From contig CAAEBO010000046.1 of assembly GCA_900754085.1 (NCBI GenBank), forward strand, positions 42,513 to 106,512: 64,000 nucleotides of DNA, given 5' to 3'. This document shows, one piece after another, positions 22,342-33,091 of this stretch. The position numbers were made by a program, and so were the translations under genes. The notes under the pieces were generated by a model. The model ran no database searches, was not told where the DNA came from, and saw only the letters and a program-made list of their open reading frames with translations. Numbering within the stretch: position 1 is the stretch's first letter; the number at the start of each line of letters is the position of its first letter. This stretch comes from Clostridia bacterium. Its GTDB lineage: Bacteria; Bacillota; Clostridia; TANB77; CAG-508.

Positions 22342-23184
22342 ATGATTAATGATGAAACAAAAAAATGGATACTGTTAGCAGAGTATAACAAAATTTCAAA
22401 TAGGAAGAAAATAGAATTATTAAACAAATATAAAAATATATATGATGTATGCAATATGTTAAAAATTAAAGAAGATTATAGAATTAATAATTGTATAGAA
22501 TATATAAATAAAAATAATATAGAAGTGTTGTATTATAAAAGTGAATGCTATCCAATAGAGTTAAATTTTTTGTACGACCCACCTATAGTTATATATGCTA
22601 TTGGAAATATGACAATCTTAAATGATAAAAATAAAATAGCGGTTATTGGAGCAAGAAAGGCTAGTTATTATGGAATAAATGTATCAAGAGAAATAGGAGA
22701 AAAACTTTCTGTAAACAATATTCATACAATAAGTGGATTGGCTTTAGGAATAGATATGAATGCACATATTGGAGTCTTAAAGCAAAATGTAGTAAATAAG
22801 AATACTGGGAAGGCAATAGCAGTAATAGGCAATGGATTAGATAATATATATCCATCTCAAAATAGAATACTAGCAAACAAAATAGTAGAAAATGGAGGAT
22901 GTATTATTACAGAATATATCGTAGGAACTAAACCTCTCAAAAGTAACTTTCCAGCACGAAATAGAATAATAAGTGCACTTTCTAATAAATTAGTAGTTGT
23001 AGAAGCAGAAAATGAAAAAAGTGGTACCATGATAACAGTAAATTGTTCATTGGAGTTAGGGAAAGATATTCTAGTTGTTCCAGGAAATATTACAAGTAAA
23101 ATGTCTAAGGGAACTAATGAATTAATAAAAGACGGAGCGAGAATTATAACAAAATTTGAAGATATTATAGAGGAAGATTATTAA
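22342..23184 (+). CDS. dprA: DNA processing protein DprA/Smf
   Basis: IAVIGARKASYYG...SGLALGID Rossmann core. An AGGAGGA SD precedes ATG 22342. Confidence 0.9.
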   Translation: MINDETKKWILLAEYNKISNRKKIELLNKYKNIYDVCNMLKIKEDYRINNCIEYINKNNIEVLYYKSECYPIELNFLYDPPIVIYAIGNMTILNDKNKIAVIGARKASYYGINVSREIGEKLSVNNIHTISGLALGIDMNAHIGVLKQNVVNKNTGKAIAVIGNGLDNIYPSQNRILANKIVENGGCIITEYIVGTKPLKSNFPARNRIISALSNKLVVVEAENEKSGTMITVNCSLELGKDILVVPGNITSKMSKGTNELIKDGARIITKFEDIIEEDY

Positions 23185-23264
23185 AATTTGCTAAAAAACT
23201 TTATCTTTTATAAAATTTATAATATAATAATCATGATTTAAGTTTTTGCTTAAGGAGGGTAAAG

Positions 23265-25790
23265 ATGGGGAGTAAAAATATAAAAGAAAAAAGTAATAAA
23301 AAAAGAAAAAGTACCCATTCAAAAGGAAAGAGTGAAAAGGTAAAAAATACAAAAAGTAAGAAAGTACTAAAAATTATTTTAGTAGTATTTATATTATTTT
23401 TTATAATATGTGCAGGTATATGCGCTGGAATATTTTTTGGACTTTTTGGTGATGATTTTAAAATTACAAAAGAAGATTTAATTATCGAAGATATGAATAC
23501 TGTCTTTAAAGATAGGAATGGAAATGTAATTGCAAATTTATCAGGTGAAGAAAATAGAAGTATAATTTCAAAAGAAGAGATGCCAGATTATTTACCAAAA
23601 GCATTTGTTTCAATTGAAGACGAAAGATTTTATAAACACCATGGAGTAGATATAAAGAGAACTTTAGGAGCAACATTCCAATATGTAATACATGGAGGAT
23701 CTTCATCATATGGTGGAAGTACAATAACACAACAGTTAGTAAAGAATCTAACAGAAGATAAAGATGATACTGGTGTTGCTGGAATGGTAAGAAAAATTAA
23801 AGAAATGTCTAAAGCATATCAAGTAGAAAGATTAATATCTAAAGACCAAATTTTAGAATTGTATTTAAATATTATATTTTTAGGTGATAAAGCTTATGGA
23901 GTAGAAGTAGCATCTAAGTATTATTTTAATAAATCATGTAAAGACTTAGATTTAGCGGAATGTGCATTTTTGGCAGGAATAAATCATTCACCAAATGCAT
24001 ATAAGCCATTTGATACAGAAAATCAAAAAATGCAAGACAAAATAAAGAATAGAACAAAAACAGTACTAATGAAAATGAAGGAATTAGGAGCAATAACTAG
24101 TGATGCAGAGTATAATGCGGCAGTAGAAGAAGTAAATAATGGATTAGCCTTTGTAAAAGGAGATATAAGTACAAATGCAGCAACATATTCATATCATACT
24201 GCAGCAGCAATAAAACAAGTAAAAGCTGATTTAATGGAAAAAAATAAATGGAATGAAGAATTTGCCGACTTACAACTTAGAAGTAAAGGATATGTAATCT
24301 ATTCAACAGAAGATACAGACATTCAAGCAAAAATGGAAGAAGAATTTAAAAAGACAGATAAATATCAAATTTCATCTAAAAATTCAAATGGTGAAAAAAT
24401 AAAATCACAAGCAGCTATGGTAGTAATAGACCATAAAACAGGTCAAGTATTAGGTAATGTTGGTGGGTTAGGTACAGAAGTAAATGCTGCAGGTTTTAAT
24501 AGATCAACACAAGCTTATAGGCAACCAGGTTCAACAATTAAGCCAATAGCAGTAATTGCACCAGGTTTGGAAAATAAAGTTTTAACAGCAGGAACAGTAT
24601 ATGCAGATGTGCCAACAAACTTTGGAACAAAAGCAAATCCATATGAACCTAAAAATGATAGTAATAAATTCGAAGGTTCAATGACTATAAGGGAAGCAAT
24701 AGAGAGATCACAAAACATACCAGAAGTAAAAGCAATGTCAGAAATAGGACCTTTAAATTCTATAAACTTCTTAAGAGAAATAGGTGTAAGCAAATTAGTA
24801 ACAGCAAGTGAGAATAAAAAACATAATGATGAGGCGGTTCAGCTAGCTTTAGGTGGAGTTACAAATGGAATAAGTCCATTAGAAATGGCAGCAGCATATG
24901 CAATGATTGCAAATGATGGAGAATATATAGAACCAACATTTTATACAAAGGTAGAAGACAAAAATGGAAATGTGGTATTAGAACCACAACAAGAAAGAAA
25001 ACAAGCTATGACAGAGCAAAATGCATATATTTTGCAATCTATATTAACAGCGCCAGTAACGGGAAATAATGGAACAGCAACATATTGCTCAATTTCGGGA
25101 ATGGATGTCGCTGCAAAGACAGGAACAACAAATGATTCTAAAGATAGATGGCTTTGTGGATTTACACCATATTATACTGCAGCTACTTGGTATGGATATG
25201 ATGAAAACATAGAAATAAAATATAAAGGAAGAAATCCAGCAGGTCAAATTTGGGATGCTGTTATGACAAGTATAAATAAAGATTTAGAAAGTGCAAGATT
25301 TGAAAAGCCGAGTGGAATTGTGACAAAGAAAATATGTAAAGATACTGGTTTACTTGCAAGTTCTAAATGCTCAAATACTTATAATGAAATTTTTGTAAGT
25401 GGAACAGAGCCAAAAGAAACTTGTGATGGAGGAAGAACAACTGTTACATTGTGTTCAGAATCTGGAAAAGTTGCTACAGAGTATTGTACAAATACATACA
25501 GTAAAACATATACTACAATACCTGAAAAAGAGAAAAATGCTAAATGGAAATCAGATTATAATGGATATTATGGCAATGCACCAACACAAAAATGTACAAT
25601 TCATACAAAACCAGTAGAAAATCATAAGCCAGACTCAAATACTATAACAAATGAAGTGACACCACCACCATCAACAGGCAATACAGTAACAGGTGGCGAT
25701 GAGAAACCTCAAAAACCAGGAGATGGTTCTACAGGAGAAGGAAATTCAACAACAGGAGGAACAAATCCACCTGCTACAACAGAAGAATAA
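23265..25790 (+). CDS. Class A penicillin-binding protein (GT51 transglycosylase + transpeptidase) with a T/G/P-rich C-terminal tail
   Basis: N-terminal TM, GT51 motifs (EDxRFYxHxG), transpeptidase SxxK region. Confidence 0.9.
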   Translation: MGSKNIKEKSNKKRKSTHSKGKSEKVKNTKSKKVLKIILVVFILFFIICAGICAGIFFGLFGDDFKITKEDLIIEDMNTVFKDRNGNVIANLSGEENRSIISKEEMPDYLPKAFVSIEDERFYKHHGVDIKRTLGATFQYVIHGGSSSYGGSTITQQLVKNLTEDKDDTGVAGMVRKIKEMSKAYQVERLISKDQILELYLNIIFLGDKAYGVEVASKYYFNKSCKDLDLAECAFLAGINHSPNAYKPFDTENQKMQDKIKNRTKTVLMKMKELGAITSDAEYNAAVEEVNNGLAFVKGDISTNAATYSYHTAAAIKQVKADLMEKNKWNEEFADLQLRSKGYVIYSTEDTDIQAKMEEEFKKTDKYQISSKNSNGEKIKSQAAMVVIDHKTGQVLGNVGGLGTEVNAAGFNRSTQAYRQPGSTIKPIAVIAPGLENKVLTAGTVYADVPTNFGTKANPYEPKNDSNKFEGSMTIREAIERSQNIPEVKAMSEIGPLNSINFLREIGVSKLVTASENKKHNDEAVQLALGGVTNGISPLEMAAAYAMIANDGEYIEPTFYTKVEDKNGNVVLEPQQERKQAMTEQNAYILQSILTAPVTGNNGTATYCSISGMDVAAKTGTTNDSKDRWLCGFTPYYTAATWYGYDENIEIKYKGRNPAGQIWDAVMTSINKDLESARFEKPSGIVTKKICKDTGLLASSKCSNTYNEIFVSGTEPKETCDGGRTTVTLCSESGKVATEYCTNTYSKTYTTIPEKEKNAKWKSDYNGYYGNAPTQKCTIHTKPVENHKPDSNTITNEVTPPPSTGNTVTGGDEKPQKPGDGSTGEGNSTTGGTNPPATTEE

Positions 25791-25864
25791 GAAAACGAAA
25801 GAAAACATCCTAAAAGAAGTACTTTTAAGATGTTTTCTTAATAATATAAAATATGGAGGTTATA

Positions 25865-27247
25865 ATGGAAATATACTTTTATAATACATTAACACATACA
25901 AAAGAAAAATTTAATCCTATAAATAAAGAAGAAGTAAGAATATATTCTTGTGGTCCAACTGTATATAAAGATGCAACAATCGGAAATATGAGAACAAATA
26001 TTTTTCAAGATACTTTAAGGAGAACTTTAGAGTATAATGGTTTTAAAGTAAAACAAGCTATGAATATAACAGATGTTGGGCATTTAGTATCTGATGGAGA
26101 TGAAGGCGAAGACAAAATGATAAAGTCTGCGCGACAAGAAGGAAAAGAGCCATTGGAAATTGCAAATTATTATACAAAATTATTTTTTAAAGATTTAGAA
26201 AATTTAAATATAGAAACTCCAGAAATAATTTGTAGAGCAACAGACAATATAGGAGATATGCTAAAAGCTGTAGAAGATTTAGTAAAAAAAGGATATGCTT
26301 ATGAAACATCAAGCGCAATATATTTTGATATATCAAAGTTAGATAAATATCCAATACTTTCAAATTTAGATATTGAAAATCAAAAAGCAGGTGCAAGAGT
26401 AGAAGTAGATAAGGAAAAAAGAAATCCACATGACTTTGCTGTATGGATAAAAGCACCAGAAAATCATTTAATGAAATGGGATAGCCCTTGGGGGCCAAGT
26501 TATCCAGGATGGCACATAGAATGTTCTGTTATGAGTAAAAAATATTTAGGAGAAGTTTTTGATATACATACAGGTGGAATTGATTTAATACCAACTCACC
26601 ATGAAAATGAAATAGCGCAAAGTAAGGGAATGTGTGGAAAAGTTCCAGCTAATTATTGGATGCATGGAGAATTTTTACTAATAAATGGTGGAAAAATGTC
26701 AAAAAGTTTAGGAAATGTATATTTATTACAAGACATAATAGATAAAGGATATGAACCATTAGTGTACAAATTATTTTGTTATTCAATACAATATAGAAAA
26801 AAATTAAATTTTACATGGGAAGGTATGGATTCTGCTAAAACTTCATTAGATAGATTAAGAGACTCTTATCAAAAACATCTTAATGGAACAGATGAAATAG
26901 ATGAAGTTATATTAGAAAAATACAAAAATGCCTTTAATGAAGCAATAAATGATGATTTAAATATGCCAGTAGCAATGAGTGTTGTATGGGAATTAGCTAA
27001 AAGGCCAGAAAAATCTAAAAAAATATCTCAACTATTAAAAGATTTTGATAGAGTATTAGGCTTAAAAATAGATGAATATAAGAAACAAGATATTCCTAGT
27101 GAAATTAAAGAATTATTAAAACTAAGAGAAGAAGCAAGAAAAAATAAAAACTGGCCAGAATCTGATAAATTAAGAGATATCATAAAAGAGAAAGGATATC
27201 TTGTTAAAGATTCAAAAGAAGGTCAAACAATTGAAAAAACACAATAA
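25865..27247 (+). CDS. cysS: Cysteinyl-tRNA synthetase
   Basis: CGPTVY, WHIECS, HTGGIDL, KMSKS. The HIGH position reads TIGN. Confidence 0.9.
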   Translation: MEIYFYNTLTHTKEKFNPINKEEVRIYSCGPTVYKDATIGNMRTNIFQDTLRRTLEYNGFKVKQAMNITDVGHLVSDGDEGEDKMIKSARQEGKEPLEIANYYTKLFFKDLENLNIETPEIICRATDNIGDMLKAVEDLVKKGYAYETSSAIYFDISKLDKYPILSNLDIENQKAGARVEVDKEKRNPHDFAVWIKAPENHLMKWDSPWGPSYPGWHIECSVMSKKYLGEVFDIHTGGIDLIPTHHENEIAQSKGMCGKVPANYWMHGEFLLINGGKMSKSLGNVYLLQDIIDKGYEPLVYKLFCYSIQYRKKLNFTWEGMDSAKTSLDRLRDSYQKHLNGTDEIDEVILEKYKNAFNEAINDDLNMPVAMSVVWELAKRPEKSKKISQLLKDFDRVLGLKIDEYKKQDIPSEIKELLKLREEARKNKNWPESDKLRDIIKEKGYLVKDSKEGQTIEKTQ

Positions 27248-27408
27248 AATACGCTAAAATACTTGCAAAATGTATAAATATTATGATATAATAATACTCG
27301 TTGAAAAAACACATAAAGCTAATTTTTGGAGAGTGCTTTATCTAAGTAATAAAGTTTCCAAAAATGTTGATACTTTATGGAAGATTAAAACTAAGAGGAG
27401 GAATTAAA

Positions 27409-28182
27409 ATGGCAGTAGTTGCAATGAAACAATTACTAGAAGCAGGTGTTCATTTCGGACATCAAACAAGAAGATGGGATCCAAGAATGGCTGAATATAT
27501 TTTCCAAGCTAGAAATGGTATTCACATTATCGATTTACAAAAAACATCAAAAAAATTAGACGAAGCATATAGCTTTGTTAAAGAACAAGCAGAAGAAGGA
27601 AAAACAATTCTTTTTGTAGGAACAAAGAAACAAGCTCAAGAATGTGTTAAAGAAGCTGCTGAAAGATGTGGAATGTATTACATCGACCAAAGATGGTTAG
27701 GTGGAATGTTAACAAACTTCAAAACTATTAGAACAAGAGTAGAAAGATTAAAAGAATTAGAAAGAATGCAAGAAGACGGAACTTTTGAAGTTTTACCAAA
27801 AAAAGAAGTAATCGTTCTTAAAAAAGAAATGGAAAAATTAGAAAAGAACTTAGGTGGAATAAAAGAAATGGAACAACTTCCAGGAGTTTTATTCGTAGTA
27901 GATCCTAAAAAAGAAAGAACAGCTATATTAGAAGCTAAGAAATTAAATATACCAGTTGTAGGTTTAGTTGATACTAACTGCAATCCAGAAGATGTAGATT
28001 ATGCAATTCCTGGAAACGATGATGCAATAAGAGCTGTAAAATTAATAGCAGACGTAGTTGCAAATGCAGTTATTGAAGGAAACCAAGGAGAAACTTTCGA
28101 AACATCAGCTGAAGAAGAACAAATAGCTGAAAATACAGAAAAAAGCATGGAAGAAATTGCTGAAGAAGCAGTAGAAGAATAA
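27409..28182 (+). CDS. rpsB: 30S ribosomal protein S2
   Basis: [23 protein letters not shown]... GAGGAGG SD. Confidence 0.95.
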   Translation: MAVVAMKQLLEAGVHFGHQTRRWDPRMAEYIFQARNGIHIIDLQKTSKKLDEAYSFVKEQAEEGKTILFVGTKKQAQECVKEAAERCGMYYIDQRWLGGMLTNFKTIRTRVERLKELERMQEDGTFEVLPKKEVIVLKKEMEKLEKNLGGIKEMEQLPGVLFVVDPKKERTAILEAKKLNIPVVGLVDTNCNPEDVDYAIPGNDDAIRAVKLIADVVANAVIEGNQGETFETSAEEEQIAENTEKSMEEIAEEAVEE

Positions 28183-28190
28183 TAAAAAAA

Positions 28191-28258
28191 GAAAGTGAGA
28201 AATTATAAAATATTAATTGAATCTAAAATTGATGTTTTAAGTTCTCACTTATTTTTAT
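28191..28258 (+). promoter_or_regulatory. Structured rpsB-tsf intergenic element (attenuator/terminator-like hairpin)
   Basis: gaaagtgagaa...ttctcactt long-range stem followed by ATTTTTAT. Confidence 0.3.
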
Positions 28259-28288
28259 AAAAGCTATATAATAGAAGGAGGAATAAAA

Positions 28289-29167
28289 ATGATTACAGCT
28301 GCTCAAGTTAAAGAGTTAAGAGAAAAAACAGGTGCAGGAATGATGGACTGTAAAAAAGTTTTAACAGAAACAGATGGAGATATGGAAAAAGCTATAGAGC
28401 TATTACGTGAAAGAGGAATAGCAAAAGCTGCAAAAAAATCAGGAAGAATTGCAGCAGAAGGTGTAGTAGAATGCTATGTTTCAGAAGATGGAAAAGTTGG
28501 AGCTATAGTAGAAGTTAATGCAGAAACAGACTTCGTAGGAAAAAACCAAGAATTTAGAGACTTTGTTATGGATGTAGCAAAACAAGTAGTAGAAAAAAAT
28601 CCAGCAACTGTAGAAGAATTATTAGAACAAGAATCAATAACAGAAGCAGGAAAAACAGTTCAAGAAGTTTTAACAAATAAAATTGCAACAATCGGAGAGA
28701 ACATGAATATTCGTAGATTTGAAAGATTTGAAACAACAGGTCTTATAGAAAAATATATTCATGGTGATGGTAAAATAGCAGTTTTAGTTGAATTAGTTAA
28801 TGGAAACGCAGAACTTGCAAAAGATATATGTATGCAAATTGCAGCTGCAAGACCTGAATTTGTTAAAGATTCAGATGTACCAGAAGAAAGAGTTCAAAAA
28901 GAAATGGAAATCTTAAAAGTACAAGCTATGAATGAAGGAAAACCAGAAGCTATAGCTGAAAAAATGGTACAAGGAAGATTAAAGAAATTCTATGCAGAAA
29001 TATGTTTAGTTGATCAAGACTTTGTTAAAAATCCTGACAGAAAAATTACAGATATATTAAAAGAAGCAAGTGCAGATGTTGTTAGATTTGCAAGATTTGA
29101 AAAAGGTGAAGGAATAGAAAAGAAAGAAGAAAACTTTGCTGAAGAAGTAGCAAAACAATTACAATAA
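28289..29167 (+). CDS. tsf: Elongation factor Ts
   Basis: [25 protein letters not shown]... full length. Confidence 0.95.
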   Translation: [292 protein letters not shown]

Positions 29168-29354
29168 TAAAGAAAAAAAGGGGGCTAATTATAGCTTCCT
29201 TTTTGCATACTAGAAAAACTAGTAAGTGTAGTATTTTTAGTGAATTAGATATGATATATTACTATGATTATAAATATATTATTAAAAAAATAAAAAACTA
29301 TATACTATGAATAAAGTTTTGTAGTATAATAGTAAAGAACTTTAGGAGGAAAAT

Positions 29355-30548
29355 ATGAAAGAAAAAGATTATTCAAAAAGTATATTTATAAAAAGTATTA
29401 TATTAACTATATTACTAACAACAGTTATAGTATCAATGATTACTACTATAATAATGAATAAAGGAGAACAAACATCATTACTAAATAGAATAGATAGTAA
29501 ATTATCAAGTATAGAACAAATAGTAGACAAAGACTATTTGGGAGAAATAGATGAAAATAAAATATTCGATGAAACAATTAAAGGTTATGTAGACGGATTA
29601 GATGATGAATATTCGCAATACTTTACAAAAGAGGAACTAGAAAAATATAAAACAGACAATATAGAAGGACAATTTGTAGGAATAGGTGTATATATAATTC
29701 AAGATACTGAGAAAAATGCAATAAGAGTATTAGCCCCAATAAAAGGTTCACCAGCAGAAAAAGCAGGAATATTAGCAGGGGACTATATAGTAAAGGTAGA
29801 AGGACAATCATACACAGGAGAGCAAATAACAGAAGCTACTAACAAAATGAAAGGAAAAGAAGGAACAAAAGTTCAAATACAAATAATAAGAGAAGACGAA
29901 ACTTTAGACGTTGAAGTTGAAAGAGCAAATGTACGTGTTAATCCTGTAGAAGCAGATATATATGAAGGAAACATAGGATACTTAAAAATTTCTAGTTTTG
30001 ATCAAGGTTCTGCCTCAGAAGTGACTAAAAAAGTAGAAGAATTAAAAGCACAAAACATTAAATCTTTAATAATAGATTTAAGAAATAATGGTGGAGGTAT
30101 TGTAGATGAAGCTATAGAAATAGCAGATCTATTTACTAGCAAAGATAGTACACTATTAATAACTAAAGATAAACACGACAATGAAAGCGTTTCAAAAGCT
30201 AAAAGAGATAAAGCAATTGAATTACCTATAATAGTTTTAACAAATGAAAATACAGCTAGTGCATCAGAAATATTGGCAGGAGCATTAAAAGATAATAATG
30301 TTGCTAAAATTGTAGGAACGACAACATTTGGAAAAGGAGTAATTCAAGAATTATTAACAATGAAAGATGGAACTGGCCTAAAACTTACAACAAATGAATA
30401 CTATACTCCAAATAGAAACAAAATAAATAAGGTTGGAATAGAACCAGATGAAAAAGTAGAATTGCCAGAAGAATACAGAAATATTCTTTCTGTACCAAAA
30501 GAAGTAGATACACAATTAAATAAAGCAATAGAATTACTAAAAAGATAA
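29355..30548 (+). CDS. S41 family C-terminal processing peptidase
   Basis: N-terminal TM, PDZ region, S41 catalytic region (IDLRNNGGG). Confidence 0.85.
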   Translation: MKEKDYSKSIFIKSIILTILLTTVIVSMITTIIMNKGEQTSLLNRIDSKLSSIEQIVDKDYLGEIDENKIFDETIKGYVDGLDDEYSQYFTKEELEKYKTDNIEGQFVGIGVYIIQDTEKNAIRVLAPIKGSPAEKAGILAGDYIVKVEGQSYTGEQITEATNKMKGKEGTKVQIQIIREDETLDVEVERANVRVNPVEADIYEGNIGYLKISSFDQGSASEVTKKVEELKAQNIKSLIIDLRNNGGGIVDEAIEIADLFTSKDSTLLITKDKHDNESVSKAKRDKAIELPIIVLTNENTASASEILAGALKDNNVAKIVGTTTFGKGVIQELLTMKDGTGLKLTTNEYYTPNRNKINKVGIEPDEKVELPEEYRNILSVPKEVDTQLNKAIELLKR

Positions 30549-30560
30549 AGGAGAAAAAAG

Positions 30561-31934
30561 ATGAAACACGCAAAGCCAAAAAAGCAAATTACAAAACAAA
30601 GAAAGCAAATTTATATAATAATAGCAGTAATAACTATAATATTATTAACTATAACAGGTGTGTTAGGAATAAAAATAGCTAAAAATGGATTATCATTAAA
30701 GGGAATGTTAATGACAAGTATAGGTCAAGACGAAAAGGATATACAAAATTTAGAACCATTTTATTGCTTGGTAATGGGAGTAAGTGAAGATATAGAAGCT
30801 AAATTAACAGACACTATAATGCTTTGTGCATATTACCCTAATGAACAACAAGTTTCTATGCTTTCAATACCAAGAGATACTTTTGTAGGAAATAGTAAAA
30901 CAAAAGCAGATTCTTATGATAAAATTAATGCACTATATCAAAAGTCACCAGAAAAAACTCTTGAAGCAGTAAGAAATCTAACAGGTGTAGATGTTAGAAA
31001 TTATGTAGTTATAAGCAATAATGCATTAAGAGATGTTGTAGATGCAATAGATGGAGTTTATTTTGATGTACCAATAAATATGAATTATGATGATGAAGGT
31101 CAAAAACTACATATTAACTTAAAAAAGGGATACCAATTATTAGATGGTGATAAAGCAGAACAATTAGTTCGTTTTAGGCATAACAATGACAAAACAACAT
31201 ATCCAGAAGAATATGGAACAGAAGATATAGGAAGAATGAGAACTCAAAGAGAATTCTTGAAGGCCGCAGCTAAGCAAATATTAACTGGTGATAATATATT
31301 AAAAATAGATGATATTATGAAAGTTGTTTTTGAAAATGTAGAAACTAATGTAAAAATGGAAGATATAATAAAATATATTCCATCAGCAACAGAATTTAAT
31401 CCAGAAAATATAAAGTCAGAAATGTTACCAGGAAAGCCAGACTTTATAGCGCCATTGTCTTTTTATGTAAGTGATGAAGAAGAAACAAACAAGGTAGTAT
31501 CTAGTTTATTTGGAATATCAGAAGAACAAATACAATTAAATAGAGAAAAATTTGAAAAAGAAAGTGGAAAGAAGATAACCACAACTACAAAAAACAATAA
31601 TAAAACAAAGAATACAAATACAAACACTACAAAAGATTCTAAAAAGAAGACTACAAATACTAATACATCAAATAAAAATTCTAATTCTAGTAAACCTTCT
31701 ACAAATACTAATACATCTAATAAACCTAATGAAGGTGGCACAACTGCTGGTTCAAATTCAGGAAGTTCAGGAAATGGAACAAACCAAAAACCAGAAACAG
31801 GCGGAGAAACAGGATCAAAACCAGATGATAATACGAATTCTGGAAATAGTGGAAACCAAGGAAATACAGGAGGATCTGAAACAGGAGGTTCAAATTCTGG
31901 AGGCCAGAACAATAATGGGAATATAGTAAAATAA
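30561..31934 (+). CDS. LytR-CpsA-Psr (LCP) family cell-envelope phosphotransferase with a long T/N/S/G-rich C-terminal tail
   Basis: N-terminal TM, LCP core (LSIPRDTFV...), low-complexity tail. Confidence 0.85.
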   Translation: MKHAKPKKQITKQRKQIYIIIAVITIILLTITGVLGIKIAKNGLSLKGMLMTSIGQDEKDIQNLEPFYCLVMGVSEDIEAKLTDTIMLCAYYPNEQQVSMLSIPRDTFVGNSKTKADSYDKINALYQKSPEKTLEAVRNLTGVDVRNYVVISNNALRDVVDAIDGVYFDVPINMNYDDEGQKLHINLKKGYQLLDGDKAEQLVRFRHNNDKTTYPEEYGTEDIGRMRTQREFLKAAAKQILTGDNILKIDDIMKVVFENVETNVKMEDIIKYIPSATEFNPENIKSEMLPGKPDFIAPLSFYVSDEEETNKVVSSLFGISEEQIQLNREKFEKESGKKITTTTKNNNKTKNTNTNTTKDSKKKTTNTNTSNKNSNSSKPSTNTNTSNKPNEGGTTAGSNSGSSGNGTNQKPETGGETGSKPDDNTNSGNSGNQGNTGGSETGGSNSGGQNNNGNIVK

Positions 31935-31936
31935 AA

Positions 31937-31964
31937 AGAAGACTTCTTAAGAAGTCTTCTTTTT
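31937..31964. terminator. Bidirectional terminator shared by the LCP gene (+) and tRNA-Thr (-)
   Basis: Perfect 10-bp stem agaagacttc/gaagtcttct with a 4-nt loop, an A-run upstream and a T-run downstream. Confidence 0.75.
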
Positions 31965-32039
31965 GGTGCCATTGGGCAGAATCGAACTGCCGACCTTTGG
32001 GTTACGAATCCACTGCTCTACCAACTAAGCTACAACGGC
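31964..32039 (-). tRNA. tRNA-Thr (anticodon CGT)
   Basis: Reverse complement gccgttgtagcttagttggtagagcagtggaTTCGTAAcccaaaggtcggcagttcgattctgcccaatggcacca. Anticodon loop and variable loop are identical to E. coli tRNA-Thr(CGU). A31.C39 mismatch. Confidence 0.7.
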
Positions 32040-32172
32040 TTAATTTACTTAATATATGTATTTTATACTCAAAAAGTAACAAAAGCAATAGTTTTTTATT
32101 GATTTTATGGAAATTTTATAAATATTATGTTACAATACTATGGACTATAAAAATAAAAAGAAGGAAAAAGAT

Positions 32173-33078
32173 ATGGGATTTTTTAGTAAATTAAAAGAAG
32201 GATTAAGCAAAACCAAAAATTCATTTGACGAAAAAATAAATAATGTATTTAGTCATTTCAGAAAAGTAGATGAAGAACTATTAGAAGAGCTAGAAGAAGC
32301 GTTAATTATGTCTGATGTGGGAATGGAAACATCAATACAAATAATTTCTAATTTAAGAGATAGAATAAAAAAAGAGAAAATAGAAGAGGAAGAACAAGTA
32401 AAAGAAGCATTAAGAGAAGAAATGCTAAAATTAATAGATTTAGATAATAATGAATTAAATTTATCAACTACTCCTTCAATAATACTAGTTGTAGGAGTGA
32501 ATGGAGTAGGAAAAACCACTTCAATAGGAAAGATTGCAAACAAACTAGTAAAAGAAGGAAAAAAAGTTGTAATTGCTGCAGCAGATACATTTAGAGCAGC
32601 TGCAGTAGAACAGCTAGAAGTTTGGTCTAATAGAGTGGGATGCGAAATGGTAAAAAAAGATGAGGGGGCAGATCCAGCCTCAGTAGTATTTGATGCCATA
32701 AAAATTGCAAAAGATAAAAATGCAGATGTATTAATTTGTGACACAGCAGGTAGGCTTCACAATAAAAAATATTTAATGGATGAATTAGGTAAAATAAATA
32801 AAATAATAAATAAAGAATTACCAGAAGCCCAAAAAGAAACATTATTAGTATTAGATGGTACTACAGGTCAAAATGCAATTATGCAAGTAAAAGCCTTTAA
32901 AGAAACAGTAGATATAACAGGTTTAATATTAACAAAATTAGATGGAACTGCAAAAGGTGGAGTTGTACTAGGTATAGTTGCTGAAAATAATATACCAGTA
33001 AAATTTATTGGTGTTGGAGAACAAATTGATGACATGGAAAAATTTAATGCAAAAGATTTTATAAATGCAATTATATAA
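32173..33078 (+). CDS. ftsY: Signal recognition particle receptor FtsY
   Basis: NG domain, GVNGVGKTTS, DTAGR, TKLDG. Confidence 0.9.
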   Translation: MGFFSKLKEGLSKTKNSFDEKINNVFSHFRKVDEELLEELEEALIMSDVGMETSIQIISNLRDRIKKEKIEEEEQVKEALREEMLKLIDLDNNELNLSTTPSIILVVGVNGVGKTTSIGKIANKLVKEGKKVVIAAADTFRAAAVEQLEVWSNRVGCEMVKKDEGADPASVVFDAIKIAKDKNADVLICDTAGRLHNKKYLMDELGKINKIINKELPEAQKETLLVLDGTTGQNAIMQVKAFKETVDITGLILTKLDGTAKGGVVLGIVAENNIPVKFIGVGEQIDDMEKFNAKDFINAII

Positions 33079-33091
33079 TGGAGGTAAAAAA

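Noticed and set aside
25399-25884. Two short + ORFs (25399-25617, 25693-25884) overlapping the PBP 3' end and the cysS start
   Set aside because: Alternate-frame ORFs inside the Q/E-rich PBP tail coding region. No SD.
29168-29200. Terminator after tsf
   Set aside because: The gggggct...agcttcc pairing is imperfect, so I could not support a confident stem. It is left uncalled.
31463-31972. 169-aa minus-strand ORF (PE/FV-rich)
   Set aside because: Antisense to the low-complexity T/N/G tail of the LCP gene. It is a compositional artefact and runs into the terminator and tRNA.
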